DNA of 64,000 bases, taken from the NCBI GenBank assembly GCA_964291265.2, contig OZ219747.1:2560001-2624000 (forward strand), written 5' to 3'. The position numbers and the translations under genes were made by a program. This DNA comes from Alphaproteobacteria bacterium (GTDB lineage: Bacteria; Pseudomonadota; Alphaproteobacteria; SP197). Shown one piece after another: positions 63,933 through 64,000 of this stretch (its first letter is position 1; each line of letters starts with the position of its first letter). The notes beneath the pieces are model-generated. The model was not told where the DNA came from. It searched no databases and saw only the letters and a program-made list of their open reading frames with translations.

Positions 63933-64000
63933 CCAGTCTGGTGCTGCTGCTCGCCGTTGCCGTGCCGCTTGTCACTGCGGCAGGAGTCCTGGCGACGCAC
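63929..64000 (+). CDS. Next Mnh operon membrane subunit (partial, runs off the window)
   Basis: GTG overlapping the mnhD stop; hydrophobic start. Confidence 0.55.
   Translation, partial: MTSLVLLLAVAVPLVTAAGVLATH

Noticed and set aside
60061-64000. Novelty in the Mnh operon and the 11733-16463 ABC transporter
   Set aside because: Ordinary, well-known architectures.

Overview
GC-rich, probably alphaproteobacterial chromosomal window with a heavy load of nested mobile elements between amine/guanidino catabolic genes, a divergent urease-like pair and an Mrp/Mnh antiporter operon. Most boundaries could be fixed from terminal IRs, target duplications and uninterrupted reference copies inside the window. 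Nest 1: IS4 > ISAs1 > IS21 (with primase-like cargo). Nest 2: IS66-A > IS66-B (methyltransferase cargo) > IS110, and IS66-A > group II intron > IS110. Main observation: the two apparently identical IS110 copies carry a readable bridge-RNA-like region. Its target guides (TTTTCGCCT / GTGTGCCAG) match the 5' end of the resident group II intron, and one copy sits exactly there. The element also carries a small accessory gene followed by four GGTAACGTTACC palindromes, a module shared with the IS21 element. Second observation: a four-gene Zorya-like operon whose MotB/OmpA-like subunit is fused to a thermonuclease domain, next to a KGGVGR-type ATPase pair (probable defence island). All family assignments come from motif recognition by eye; no database searches were run.
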